From: Harriotta raleighana | Lineage: Eukaryota | NCBI GenBank assembly: GCA_050575255.1 | Contig: JBNZDD010013646.1 | Location: 3,635,744 to 3,699,743, forward strand | Reading direction: 5' to 3' | Length of the DNA: 64,000 nt | Shown: positions 24,415 to 35,906 of the stretch, piece by piece | Numbering within the stretch: position 1 is the stretch's first letter | How the letters are laid out: each line of letters begins with the position of its first letter | Position numbers and translations under genes: made by a program | The notes under the pieces: model-generated | Seen by the model: the letters and a program-made list of their open reading frames with translations, nothing else | The model's database searches: none | What the model was told of the DNA's origin: nothing

Positions 24415-25165
24415 CAAACAAAATAAAATTACATTTACAGAGCGCCTTTCACGTCGGGAGGATGTCCCAAGGCACTGAACAGTCAGGACGGGATACAAGC
24501 AAGGGAGAGGGGCAGGGCAGGGGGAGGGGTGAGACAGGGCGGGAGAGAGGAGGGGAGGGAGAGAGTTGGGAGGGCAGCAGAAGAGGAGGGTTTTGAGACC
24601 GGCTTTGAAGTAGGGGAATGAGGGAGGGAGGGAGTGAGGCCAAGGGATTGTGGGATGGAGTTCCAGAGTGTGGGGGCAGAGAGGCTGAAAGTCTGCCGAT
24701 GGTGGGGCGGGTCGGGCGGGGGACACGGAGCAAGCCGGAGACTGCTGTACAGAGGGAGCGGGAAGGTTCAAAGGTGGACGGCAGTTCGGAGAGGTCAGAG
24801 GAGCGGTTGGTGGTGGGTGGGGGGTCAAGAGAGTGAATGGCTTTGAAGGTGAGGACGAGGATCTTGAATTCGATCCTCTGGGGTGATGGGGAGCCAATGG
24901 AACTGGGCGAAGGTGGGAGTGATATGATCACGGAGCTTGGTGCGAGTGAGTACAGGAGCTGCAGAGCTCTGGATGACCTGCAGTTTGTGAAAGGAAGAAT
25001 CAGGAAGGCTGACGAGGAGGGAATTTCCTTAACTGAGCCTTGATGTGATGAATGCATAGACGAGGGTTTCGGCAACCTGAGGGTTGAGGCACTGGCGGAG
25101 TTTGGCAATGTTGAGCGGGTGTGGGGGACCAAGTTCAGGGTCGAATAGGAGGCCCAAGTTCCTGA
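24415..25165 (-). mobile_element. Relatively young 5'-truncated L2 inserted in CR1
   Basis: QRIEFKILVLTFKAIHSL motif, many CpGs retained, L2 tail at about 24415-24475; possible TSD CTAGGCTTA / CTAGCTTA. Confidence 0.93.
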
Positions 25166-25285
25166 CTAGCTTAGTTGAGAAAAGGCAGGAGTAGGCTCAT
25201 GTGGAGCATAAATGCCAACATAGACCAGTTGGGCCACATGGCCTGTTTCTGTGCTGTATAGTCTAATGTATTCTAATGTACACTA
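25166..25285 (+). mobile_element. CR1 3' UTR, continuation after the L2 insertion
   Basis: GGCTCATGTGGAGCATAAA...GACCAGTTGGGCCACATGGCCTGTTTCTGTGCTGTA followed by TCTAATGTA repeats. Confidence 0.85.
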
Positions 25286-25429
25286 TGAGATAAAATAATA
25301 TCCTCCTCACTGACATTCTTCATCTAAATTTTCCATATTCATACACACAGACACAGTCACTCACATAGTAATTCTGGTGATCAAAGTCGTGACAGTAGTC
25401 AATGACAGAAAAAGCCACTTTCAGTAGTA

Positions 25430-25650
25430 TTGGAGTACTATAGCTTAGTGGTTAGAGCACTCGTGTCGCAAATGAGAGGACCTGGGTTTGAATCCCAGGA
25501 AAGGTGAAATGTTCAGTAAAATTTCTTAATCTACAGGTGTCTTTTTACCCAGCAATAAGTAGGAATCTTTTGTTAGTTGATTGGCGGATCAGTTTTCCAA
25601 TCGGATACATTTTTTAAAAATAATAATTTGTTCACACAATCTGCAACTAT
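25430..25650 (+). mobile_element. tRNA-derived SINE, 5' part
   Basis: TGGAGTACTATAGCTTAGTGGTTAGAGC box A and GGGTTTGAATCCC box B; tail absent. Confidence 0.8.
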
Positions 25651-27492
25651 AGTATTTCTTAAATGAATCAATTATCCTAGCCTCGAGTATCCTTTTTGGT
25701 TACCCACGCCTATTCTTATTCACCCTCTGTGTAAATAAATAATATCTCTTGTTTGCTCTGAAATTGCCTTGCACAAACATTCTCTTTTAACTTGCTTTTC
25801 CATAGTGCATTTGTATTTCCATATTCAGTGTCTCTCCCAGGGAAGTTACAATATAATGTGGTGGAGAATATTTAACTGGATGAGTGAGATGTATTAAGCT
25901 AACTGTTTGGAATTATTCCCTGCCAAGTTACACTCACTACACACAAAGTGGTGGAATTTTCTAAGCAATTGAGGGAAATGTGTCCCTGGTCTTTTCCAGT
26001 GTTGATTTGTCTTTTACAAACATTGGATCCAAATCAGTGTGTTGGCTCCAGCTGTTAGAATTGAGTCAACACACCATTAAGTCTCCGCTTTAGTAGGCAG
26101 CGGGTTCAAATAAGATTGAAGTAATATGACCACATCATGATTTTGTGCTGCAATGAGTATATTTTCAGCTTTAAAAACAGCGATGTATCATTAAGGCTGC
26201 AAGAATCTGTACTGATGTAATTCTAGTATCAGAGTTTCACACTGGAGCATTGTGTTTCTGCACTGCTGTGCCTCAACTGCAAGCTATAGTCTGGTGTTAA
26301 ATCCATACTTCATTCTGAAACTCAAAGTATAAATGGGACAACTTATTGATCAATCTGTTACAGCGAATGGATTTGTATTCCCAACAGTAACAAGAACGTT
26401 GTAAAGAAGAAAACATTTTTTCTTCACTGGCAGATAATAAACAGTAGAAGTGTCTGATAGACTTGGAGAGTCATTATGCAGTAGTGAAGGTAATAGGCCT
26501 AGCAATATAATTTACCTTAAAGGAGTTTAAATGGATATGATTTACTTTAAGTTGGTAAACAGTACAAAGTTGCTGGCACATTCCCACGAGAGAGTAAGCA
26601 AAAACATAGCAGGCTCTAGGTGATTTAGGAGTGACAGACATGAATGGAAGGTTAATTCTGATGTTGCTTGTTTTTTTTACACTGGAAGCGAGGGGTTACC
26701 AGGGGAAATGGAAGCAATTTGTTTGGACTGTAAAGCTTCTATGAATGGGTAATCTGTGTTTCTTCCACCTTTTCAATTCAAGGTCACTCTTTAGTTGTGC
26801 ATCTGTTTCTTTAAAACAATTTAAGTGCAGACTTCCATGGACCCAATATTTAAGGAGGTTAACATTCAGAAATGCTGCTGTAGATAATTGACTGCTATGA
26901 TAATTATTGTTTTGGAAAAATATCAAAGTCACCTGTTTTCTCTTCCATGTTTAATTTATCTCCTCTATTCTCCTCCATGTAACCATGCTCCTCCAACTCA
27001 GAGGTATGCAAGAGCAGCCTGTCAGACTGTCGCGCAAAGTAAGGCAAGACTAGAGTGTAACTCAGGCAGATGACCTGTTCCTGGGTAATTGTCACTCAGA
27101 GGTATTCAAGAGCAGCCTGGCATGAGTCGTTCTCTCTAATTGTTCTTGCAGTCTGGTGGGAAATGACAAGACTCAGCTCACCCAGTCTATGATATGGTTG
27201 AGGTCAGAAACAACAATAACACAATCTTGACTCGTATAGTGTTTTTCGGTAGAAGTAACTTCAGTCGGAACTTCACAAAGTTCATTGAAGAGGGTGCATT
27301 GAAGAGGGTGGAAATAATAATAAATATAAGAATCCGTGCATTTGATACAATACTTTATCACGNCCCAGTCTATGATATGGTTGAGGTCAGAAACAACAAT
27401 AACACAATCTTGAATCGTATAGTGTTTTTCAATAGAAGTAACTTCAGTCGGAACTTCACAAAGGCAATGGGGTGCATTGAAGAGGGTGGAAA

Positions 27493-27720
27493 TAATAATA
27501 AATATAATAATCCGTGCATTTGATACAATACTTTATCACGTTTTCAAGAATCTCAAAGCATTTCACAGAATATACTGTAAAATGAATTGATTATATATTC
27601 GATGGACGCAATCAGCAGCCAATTGCGCACAGCGTTGTCCCATCAACAGTTGTGGATTGAGTGACCAATTCTTATTTTAGAAATGTTAGCGATTAATTTT
27701 TTTTGAAGGAATTATTACTC
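27493..27720 (-). mobile_element. SINE 3' half
   Basis: (AAT)n-CCGTGCATTTGATA tail and CAGCCAATTGCGCACAGC Deu motif. Confidence 0.85.
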
Positions 27721-27854
27721 CTCATTGGTAAGTTATTACCTCATGAGCAACTCATGGCTTGGTTTCAAATGAGAGGCAATTTGAGAGTGCAAGGTCCAAA
27801 AAGATTATGAGATATAGATGATGATGTTTCAAGCATTTTGTTGCTTGTGTTAGA

Positions 27855-28299
27855 TAGCCTGATTAAATTGGTAATATTGTCGCATCTGAGTCAGGAATTT
27901 TGGGTTCAAGTCACACATTGAGACCGAGCTAATACTCCAGATCAGAGGCGTTTTTAACGTCAATGCAATCGGTGCAACACACCAACGGGCCCCTCATATT
28001 GGGTGCGCATCTGCACTTATTAAACTTGCCGTCGGTGACGGGCCCCCTAAGAAAATTTCACAGAGCAGTTTGAAGGGTTAAAAATGCCTCTGCTCGAGAT
28101 ACATTCCAATGCAATGTTGAGGTAGTGTTCCATTGCTGGATGTACTGTCCTTCTGTTGTGGCATATCCGTGTGTGTAAATTGACTGTCACATTTGCCTGC
28201 AAAATGTACAGTCATCGCACTTTACAGTATATTGATGAAATGTTTTGAGACATCCTCCGGATGTGAAAGGCATTATATGAAATGGAGGGATTATTATTA
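27855..28299 (+). mobile_element. Older DeuSINE hosting two DNA transposon insertions
   Basis: TCTGAGTCAGGAATTTTGGGTTCAAGTC head, decayed Deu body, tail GTGAAAGGCATTATATGAAATG..GGATTATTAT. Confidence 0.75.
27943..28092. mobile_element. 150-bp hAT-type MITE
   Basis: 16-bp TIRs CAGAGGCGTTTTTAAC and GTTAAAAATGCCTCTG; 8-bp TSD CTCCAGAT / CTCGAGAT; two internal ACGGGCCCC motifs. Confidence 0.88.
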
Positions 28300-28653
28300 C
28301 AGTAAAACTCTGTTTATCCGGCACCCTCGGGCCGGGAGGGGGAGGGCGTCAACTAATTAACTGTGCCGGATAAACGGGCGGTAAATTGCCGAAAATCCAA
28401 CATAAAAAATTAATTTATTTTAAAACATACCATGTTAATAATAGACTACATAGTAACAGAATATTGTATGGATACTTACCAATAAAGCATTCCAGCACAC
28501 TCGGTAAAAAGCATTTCTTACCGATCAGTAAAAACCCAAGTTCAGAATTTTAATAACAAAATAACAAAACTCACTATTGTTGGAATGGGAATTGCCCCTG
28601 GAGAGGTTTGAGCAATCGATTTGATCGGGTCATGGATAAACGGGGTTTTACTG
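28300..28653 (-). mobile_element. Family A MITE, short subfamily (354 bp)
   Basis: TA|CAGTAAAACTCTGTTTATCC ... GGATAAACGGGGTTTTACTG|TA; closely similar to 38842-39194. Confidence 0.92.
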
Positions 28654-30399
28654 TATTACTTTACTCAATAAAAGTGAATCACATTTGCTCGTTCATCACT
28701 TGATGGATCACATCTTGAACATTCAGTCATGCAAACTTTTATTGTAGGCATACCCTTCACTTTCACCCTCCAATGGTGGGGTGTGTGGATCGGAGGACGT
28801 GGAGCAGGCCAGAGCCTGCTGAGCGGAGGGGGCAGGCAGGATGGTAACAGATGTAGGGTGGGGCGAGATTGTGGAAGCTGTAAATGTGAGGACTAGGATC
28901 TTGAATTGGAAATCCCCAAATGAAAAGCAAATGCAAGAATTATTATTACAGAACTATTATTATTGTTGTTTAAAAGTCCTAAAATGTTTCTCACTCCATT
29001 CACAGTTAATACTAGTTTTTGAATCCATTAACTGGCAGTGTTGACCAAGTGGCCGGTAATGATTTTGTGTGGTCAGACCTCCGCTATGCAGAGAGGGAAT
29101 TGGAGATCCAAATTTCGAGTCAGGTCCAATCTGATGAAAATTTGAGACAGGGAAATATATCCATTATGCATTAACAGTTGCGATGTCAAGCTTGCTTCTA
29201 AGACAATCTACTGGTGTGAAATGGTCTGATAACAACAAGAACATCTTGAATTTCTAAAGCGCTCTTCACATGGGATGGCATCTCGGAGTGCTGATGACAC
29301 AAACAAAGGCATTATACAGTAATTACAGCAATATCAGCATAGTTTATCAACATCTCAAATATTGGTTTGGACACACATTGTTTAGCAGTTTATAGCAATC
29401 AATTGTAAGAGCCATACAAAGGCTGTAAACCAGAAAGCATGAAATGTGGATGAATTTACCAATTTACCTGGTAAATTGCCAGATTTTACCCATTGTGAAC
29501 TGTAATTCTGCACTATTTGATCTATGAAAAGCACATTTACTTTATCCACACATTTATTAATATAAACAGATTTTAAAGGTGGGAACGGAGTAGGTTTAAC
29601 TGAGATCTGAAGCTTTATTTAACAAAAATGATTTTAGTATTTTATCACATTAATTCAATCTGATCAGAAAGTAAGCGTAAAAGTAGGTTTAGACCAGTTC
29701 ACATTACAATAAATTTACTTTGGTAATAACATCAGGAAAATAGATATCAGCAAAACCTTATTGATCCCATTTTACATGAGAATTTGTCTTGTTCGATGCC
29801 ACAGTGTCTGGTGCAACCATTGAGGTGCAACCTCCAATTCCCTGCACTTTTGCTGCAATAGAAGCTTTGTAATAAAAAGATGCAAAGGTTACCACTGTAA
29901 AACAATATTTAAAGCAATTGTACAATTAGACGTATTTTAACACAAATTATTTAATGGGTATATGCAGTTAAATATGGGGAGAGTTTCAGTATTCTGACGT
30001 GTTACAGTATTCAGCCTGAAACCACACAGCTGTGGAAGATGCTGTTTCCCGCATGCTAATTCACATCCTAACAATCTACTTGAGGAAATATTTTCAAACA
30101 CCAGAATTTATTTCCACACATTCATTCTACAGACATCTTATTCCAAGGTGTGTGACTCATTGTCTCAGTGCTGAAGATTAGCATACTACATTGGATACAT
30201 GCAGATTGGTTTTGTAGCATTTCCCCACTGAATTATAAGTCGATGGGGGCTAGGAGGAATGTAATTTTCTCTTCACTATCTCTCTCTGCTTCAGTTTATA
30301 TTGCTAAAACTCTACTGGTTGGGTATTATTTTGACAGATTGACACAGAGCAGAATGCAGAACAGCATACCTGGCCATTCAGCTAGGGAAACTCATGACA

Positions 30400-30767
30400 C
30401 CAATTGGCTGGTTATATAAAGTCCGAAGACCACAGATTGCTTACCGAGAAGATGAATTGATTGTACATAAGGAATGGACAGAGAAGGTCAGTGAATCTGA
30501 GGAAACTTACCACTGGTCTGTTTATTTTATTGTATGACTCACAGGCGTCTTGTAAACACACATTCCAAGAATAAAATAAAGCCACACTGACGTTTATGTT
30601 TGTTTCCATTGCAGGAGGAGGCTGAATCTTCTGCTGTGTTGAGCAGGTGGATTTTGAAGGGACCACCCACCCATTTTACGGACAACAGTCAGTCATATGC
30701 TCGGATTAGCAGTGGGGAATGACAGCAGAGACAGAGAAAGGGAGAGTGAAGGAAAAAGCAGGTTGGT
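30400..30767 (+). promoter_or_regulatory. Candidate promoter with short spliced 5' exons
   Basis: TATATAAA 30413-30420, donor AAG|GTCAGT 30486/7, branch CACTGAC (A30590), acceptor TTCCATTGCAG| 30614, donor CAG|GTTGGT 30761/2; AP-1, FOX and TEAD-like motifs in between. Signals only. Confidence 0.3.
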
Positions 30768-32385
30768 ATCTGTATGTAATTGTTCAGTGGAACTAATGCA
30801 CTCTTACAGTGTGACTGATACTCCTGTAATGGTTCTTTAAAATGTAAATTTGTGTGAGCCCCCCCCACCCCCGCCTTCCCCTACATTCTCTTTGGTACAA
30901 TCAGTGCTGTTGCTACTGTCATCACACCAGAAAGTGATGTTTTAGCACTTGAGTGGGAGCTTCTTCCTGTAGCAACACATTTTGTGGGAGGGAGAAGCTG
31001 CCACTCTGTATTTGTGTTCAAAGTTGTCTGCACAGCACAAGTGATGCTGCTGTGGCTCTCCATTCAGGGAGCTTTCAAGCTTAGCACATTCAGTCAAAGT
31101 GATAACAGAAGGGTTAATGGCTAAATTCACAGTTCATCATTATTTTGCTTCTTCTCCTTAACACAGTCAATGGTCACTCTCATGCATTGAATGGAATTAC
31201 CAACATGTTTTGTTTATCCATAGAGATTAAGTCTAATGCTAGTCTTTGTGTTCAGTAACTGACCAGCAATTATCCCAGTTTGACATGAAGATTTCATTAC
31301 CGCAACCTCCTTGGGCTGCTGCTCATCTATAAGATTTCCTTGTGAGATTCACTGTGTTTAAAACCCATTATTAGACTAATATCCAGGATTTGGTTCTGAC
31401 ATAATCTAATAAATGATGGAGCGGCGATGTCTCTTTAGCCTCTCGGATTTCACTCGAACAGCTGGTCGGAACATTACAAGCTGTTTCCTTGTTGTATAGC
31501 TTCTGCTGCCTCCTGACATGAAGAAGGGTGAAGATACTGTTGATTAAGTAGCTAGGGAACCTGCACAAGTGTAATGTGTAATGTTGTTTAATCCACAAAA
31601 CGCAATGTAGATTCACTCAATTCTTTAATGGTAACTTTACAAGTCAACTTCTTTCAAATCAACCTCTTTCACACTCTTTCAAATCTGTAAGTCGCTCTTC
31701 CCAGAATCCTTTTATACTTGCACTTGCCACTTATGTCGTGAAAGCGAATATGCAACAGAATGGGGCATACTAACTGTGCTTCTGTCTGATTGCAGGAACC
31801 TTCATTCATTTCCATTGAAGTGATAGCACCAACATTGCACGCTTTCTTTTAAACACAGACATTTGTTACGCTTAAGGAATGCAACTTAAATCAAACACAC
31901 ACTAACTCATGCACCATAAATAAGAGTTTGGCCTGATTTAATCATGAAAGAGTGCTGTTGCTAGCTTTTCTTCAGGGATCTGTTGGGCAGTAAATGGACT
32001 GTGGGAGGCTTTTCATAAGGAAATGCAATGTTTGTACAACACCAGACTGTGCAAATGGCTGTTGCTCTTAAATAAATGCTATGGTCTTCCTTTTTGTTCA
32101 TCTCCATGGAAGACATTCTTTCAACATCCCGAAAGCGCACCAGCTCAGTAATAAAGACTGAGTATTAAAGACTAATCATTGATGGTAATTTTTCAACCCA
32201 GGAACAAATAGATTTTTTTTTAGTTGAAAGGAAGTTTTTTCACTGATTTATACTAAGCAGACAGTGACAATGCTCCTCTGGATTTTGAAGGAAGACAACA
32301 TTCGATAGGATCATTAATTATTTATATTTCTTAATGCATGTATTACCATCTTGCTCTATATTGTGAATCCATTGATCCGTTAGAG

Positions 32386-32755
32386 CAGTGGTTCTCAACC
32401 TTGGGTCCCAACCATAAACAGAGTCATGGGGGTCCTCAGTAGGGTCATCAGAATTTTTTTTCCTTTGTTTAATGTTGAAAATGCTTTTTTAATGGTTAAA
32501 AAAAGCTTTTAACGCTAAAAAAAAATGCAACACCGGCAACCAATTTGTATAAAGAATATACTTCTAAGTTGCGCTGAGTCCGTAAAACAGACGGAGATAA
32601 CGTATTGGCTGAAATGAGCTTCAGTCGTGATATCGCCCTCTAGCGGTGGGAGAACTGGTTGAAGGCTAATTTGGGTCACAGCAAAAAAAGTTTGGGTCGC
32701 GAGGACTTGCTGGTGGTTAATTTGGGTCACAGCAAAAAAAAGTTGCCCACCACTG
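32386..32755 (+). mobile_element. hAT (Charlie-like) MITE, complete (370 bp)
   Basis: TIRs CAGTGGTTCTCAAC and GTTGCCCACCACTG; 8-bp TSD CGTTAGAG / CATTAGAG. Confidence 0.9.
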
Positions 32756-33714
32756 CATTAGAGAATACATAGATATATGAATATTTAGGAGCAATTGAAA
32801 TCTCTTTGCTATTAACTCGCTGCAATTTTGCCTGATGATTTGGGGAGTTTCTAAAGCTGGTACAAAATTGTATCTGACACTGAATACTGCTGAATACTGG
32901 ATACTCTCTGTAGCAAATGGTGTTCCACATATTACCTTATCCATCACAGAATTATCACAATCATGCTGAGAACATTGTGCATATACTGTACAATCTGAAT
33001 GGTTATCTTAAATAAGAATATTGTGCTTGCTTCTAATTTTTTCTGTTTGAACTACAATTATTTAGTTAGCAGAAATCCCAAAGCAAATTCTGAAGCTGCA
33101 ATGGGGATGAAGGTGGCATAAAACCCTTGATTTATTAAGTTATAAATAAATCATTCAGATTTACACTAGCAGCTGTTGTAAAATATGCTCATGCTTTAAG
33201 CGTTCTGAGACACCGTCCGGCATGGAGGCCGCTATATAAATCGAAGTTGTTGTTGTTGTTGTTGTGTGTCTACTTGGCTGACTCTCGCCTCTGAGTCAGA
33301 ACTTTGCAGTTTCAAGCCACATGTCGGGATTCGGTATCACGCAGGGTCAACTCGCACTAATTCCTTACCAAGTGAAACATGAGGAGAACGTAACCAAAAT
33401 GTTACCACGATATGCATTACAGAGGAAATCCATGCCTGAATACAAAACAGATGCCATTTTCCTTAAAAGAGAACAAGCCTCAGTTAAAGTGAATTGAGGG
33501 AGTAGCTTCTGATGCTTGTGTGGTTCATCACTGAGTATGGAAGAAACATTGGGGGCTGTTTTTGCAGAATATACCCAATGTCAGCCTATATGGAGTTCAA
33601 TTGACATTTGCTATTATTTTTGATCAGCTTATGTAGAAACCCATTACCATGATTAAAAGTATCCAGAGTTTTGTGCGTGTAGAGCTTTCAATTGTCTGGT
33701 ATGGAGTGTGCCCT

Positions 33715-33880
33715 GTCTGGTTCCAGAGAAATGTCAAATCCCCTCATGATCTTAAAAAACGCTATTAGATCTCCTTGCAACCTTCTCTGTTCCAATGAGA
33801 ATAAACCTAGCCTCTCTAGCCTTTCCCTATAACTGAAGTCCCTCATTCCTGGTACCATCCTAGTAAATCTCTGCACCCAG
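33715..33880 (-). mobile_element. CR1 ORF2 fragment
   Basis: VQRFTRMVPGMRDFSYRERLERLGLFSLEQRRLQGDLIAFFKIMRGFD. Confidence 0.92.
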
Positions 33881-34029
33881 TAATGTATGACTGTATGCAT
33901 TTATGGGTGAGTCCGGCAGCTAATTTGTGTACATGAACAGCCATGACGTAAGTACCAATTTTATTTGGAGGTTTGTTGACAAAGACACTAGGAGAAACTC
34001 CCTTCCATTTTGAATAGTCCCATGAGATC

Positions 34030-34475
34030 CACTGATTCCCCATCCCCAGTGGATCAATTTCAAGATCCTTATCCTCACTTTAAAATCCCACCATGGTCTT
34101 GACCCAACCTATATCTGCAACCTTTTAATATCCTACCCACTTCCTAAAATTGGCAGGCACTGTCCCACTTCATGTACCCTACCCTGCCCGACCAACCATC
34201 TGCAGTCAGGCATTCAGTCTTACTGCCCTCGCTTTCTGGCACTCCTTCCTGGAGAGCCTTTGCCTTGCCCTTTCACTTCCCTCCTTCAAATTCGATCGCA
34301 ACATCTCACTCTTTAAACATGCCTCTGGTCATTTTCCCTTTCCACAAACCTTGTAGCTCTGGCTTCCACCCCTCATGAATTCAACCCGCATCTTGGATGC
34401 AAACCCTCAACTCTCCTTCGCCTTGGGAGATATTCTGATCAGGAAAAGTACTACATAAATACAATTTGTTGTTGT
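34030..34475 (+). mobile_element. L2 3' fragment
   Basis: INFKILILTLKSHHGL and RPTICSQAFSLTALAFWHSFLESL; tail ACTACATAAATACAATTTGTTGTTG. Confidence 0.88.
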
Positions 34476-35565
34476 AGCCCACCTGTACAGACAAACTCAT
34501 CAAATGCAATTGATTATTTTTGCACACCTTTACAGGCAAACCTTCAGATGAGATGTAAAATCAAAGGATCTTCGTTTAGCATCTCATCTGAAGGTCACCA
34601 CTTCCAACAATGCAGCAAACCATCAGTTACTATGATTGGTATCAGCTAAGGTTAAGTGACATTAAACTACAGTTTTAAAAGAGAGTAAATTACAGGAAAG
34701 TAAAGATTGAAAGTTTGAAGAGTTGCTGGGAAAGAATGAGTTGGAGAAGGTACAAAGAATTTTGATTTCAAGTCAGTGAAAGATAGAGGATGGTAGAGGA
34801 TTTGGAGCTTACGAAGAATAAGGTAGGAATGGCTGAGGATCCATGACAGTAGCAGTATCAATAAAACAGAGGGAAAAGACAAAGATTTTTCAGAAAGAGA
34901 AGTGGATATTGTCGGGATGAGAGAAGTATCATCTATCAGAAACCAGCCAGGAAGTTAAATAAAGGGCCAGATGAGCTTGCCCAGATTTTGGAGCTGCTTT
35001 CAAGCTTCGTATTATCTTTGGTTAACCAAGAGTAAAATTTATGAGTGTTATGCACAGTGTCTTTGCACAATTGTAATGAGAAATCACATCAGCGGCTGGC
35101 AGTACCAGAGACGTTGGCCCTAACACTCACTGGAATTTCCCCAATTTTTCTTTGTAATATAAAAGACCATTGAAACTATTGTGCCTATGCTGGCTCTCAA
35201 GAAGAGCTATCAATATTGTTGGGCATAGAATTTCACCGAATCAATTTGAAATTTGTGATCAAATAGAATTGATGCCGGATACACTGCAGAAAAACTGTTT
35301 TCTAATTAACACTGATATTCCAACTGAAATTAAGAATTGCCCAATTTCTGCATCTTAAATTTTAATATACTGTATGATCATCTTACAGGCTAAGGCTGGT
35401 GGAATTTCAGGCCTTCAGTCTCATTTTTCTTTTCTCATACACTTTTACAATTTTCCATCCTTTGTACTGTATCTTGCATTCTTCTGTGACAAATTATGTG
35501 TTCCTCTTTGTTTTTATGTTATATTTACAGCCTTTTCCCTTTAAAATCTTCACATTTAAACTTCA

Positions 35566-35906
35566 GGGGAGATGTAGCTCAGTGATTAGAGCACTCGCCT
35601 ACTCGCCAGGCATGCAACCTGTGTTCAAATCCAGGCAGGTCAGGACAAAACCTTGGGCAAGTTTCCTTACTCCACACGCCTAATAATCATCACTCCAAAA
35701 AAGACCACATTAATAAAATTAGACTCGAAAATGGACCTTATATACAATGTTTCAATCCACAACTGTTTGTGGGACACGGTTATGTGCAATTGGCTGCCAA
35801 GTTTCGCCCACAAATATATTCACTTTACAGTATATTCTGTGAAGCACTTTGAGACATCTGTCCAGAAGATGTGAAAAGTGCTATATCAAATGCAAGGATT
35901 ATTATT
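35566..35906 (+). mobile_element. tRNA-derived SINE, full length
   Basis: GGGGAGATGTAGCTCAGTGATTAGAGC, GTTCAAATCC, Deu motif, AAATGCAAGGA(TTA)n tail. Confidence 0.92.

Noticed and set aside
23982-25132. Longest ORFs in the window (204, 227 and 161 aa)
   Set aside because: CR1/L2 chimeras and alternative frames, one crossing an N-associated false duplication.
27181-27545. Apparent tandem repeat protein (MVEVRNNNNTIL twice)
   Set aside because: The duplication is centred on N27363 and is most likely an assembly artefact.
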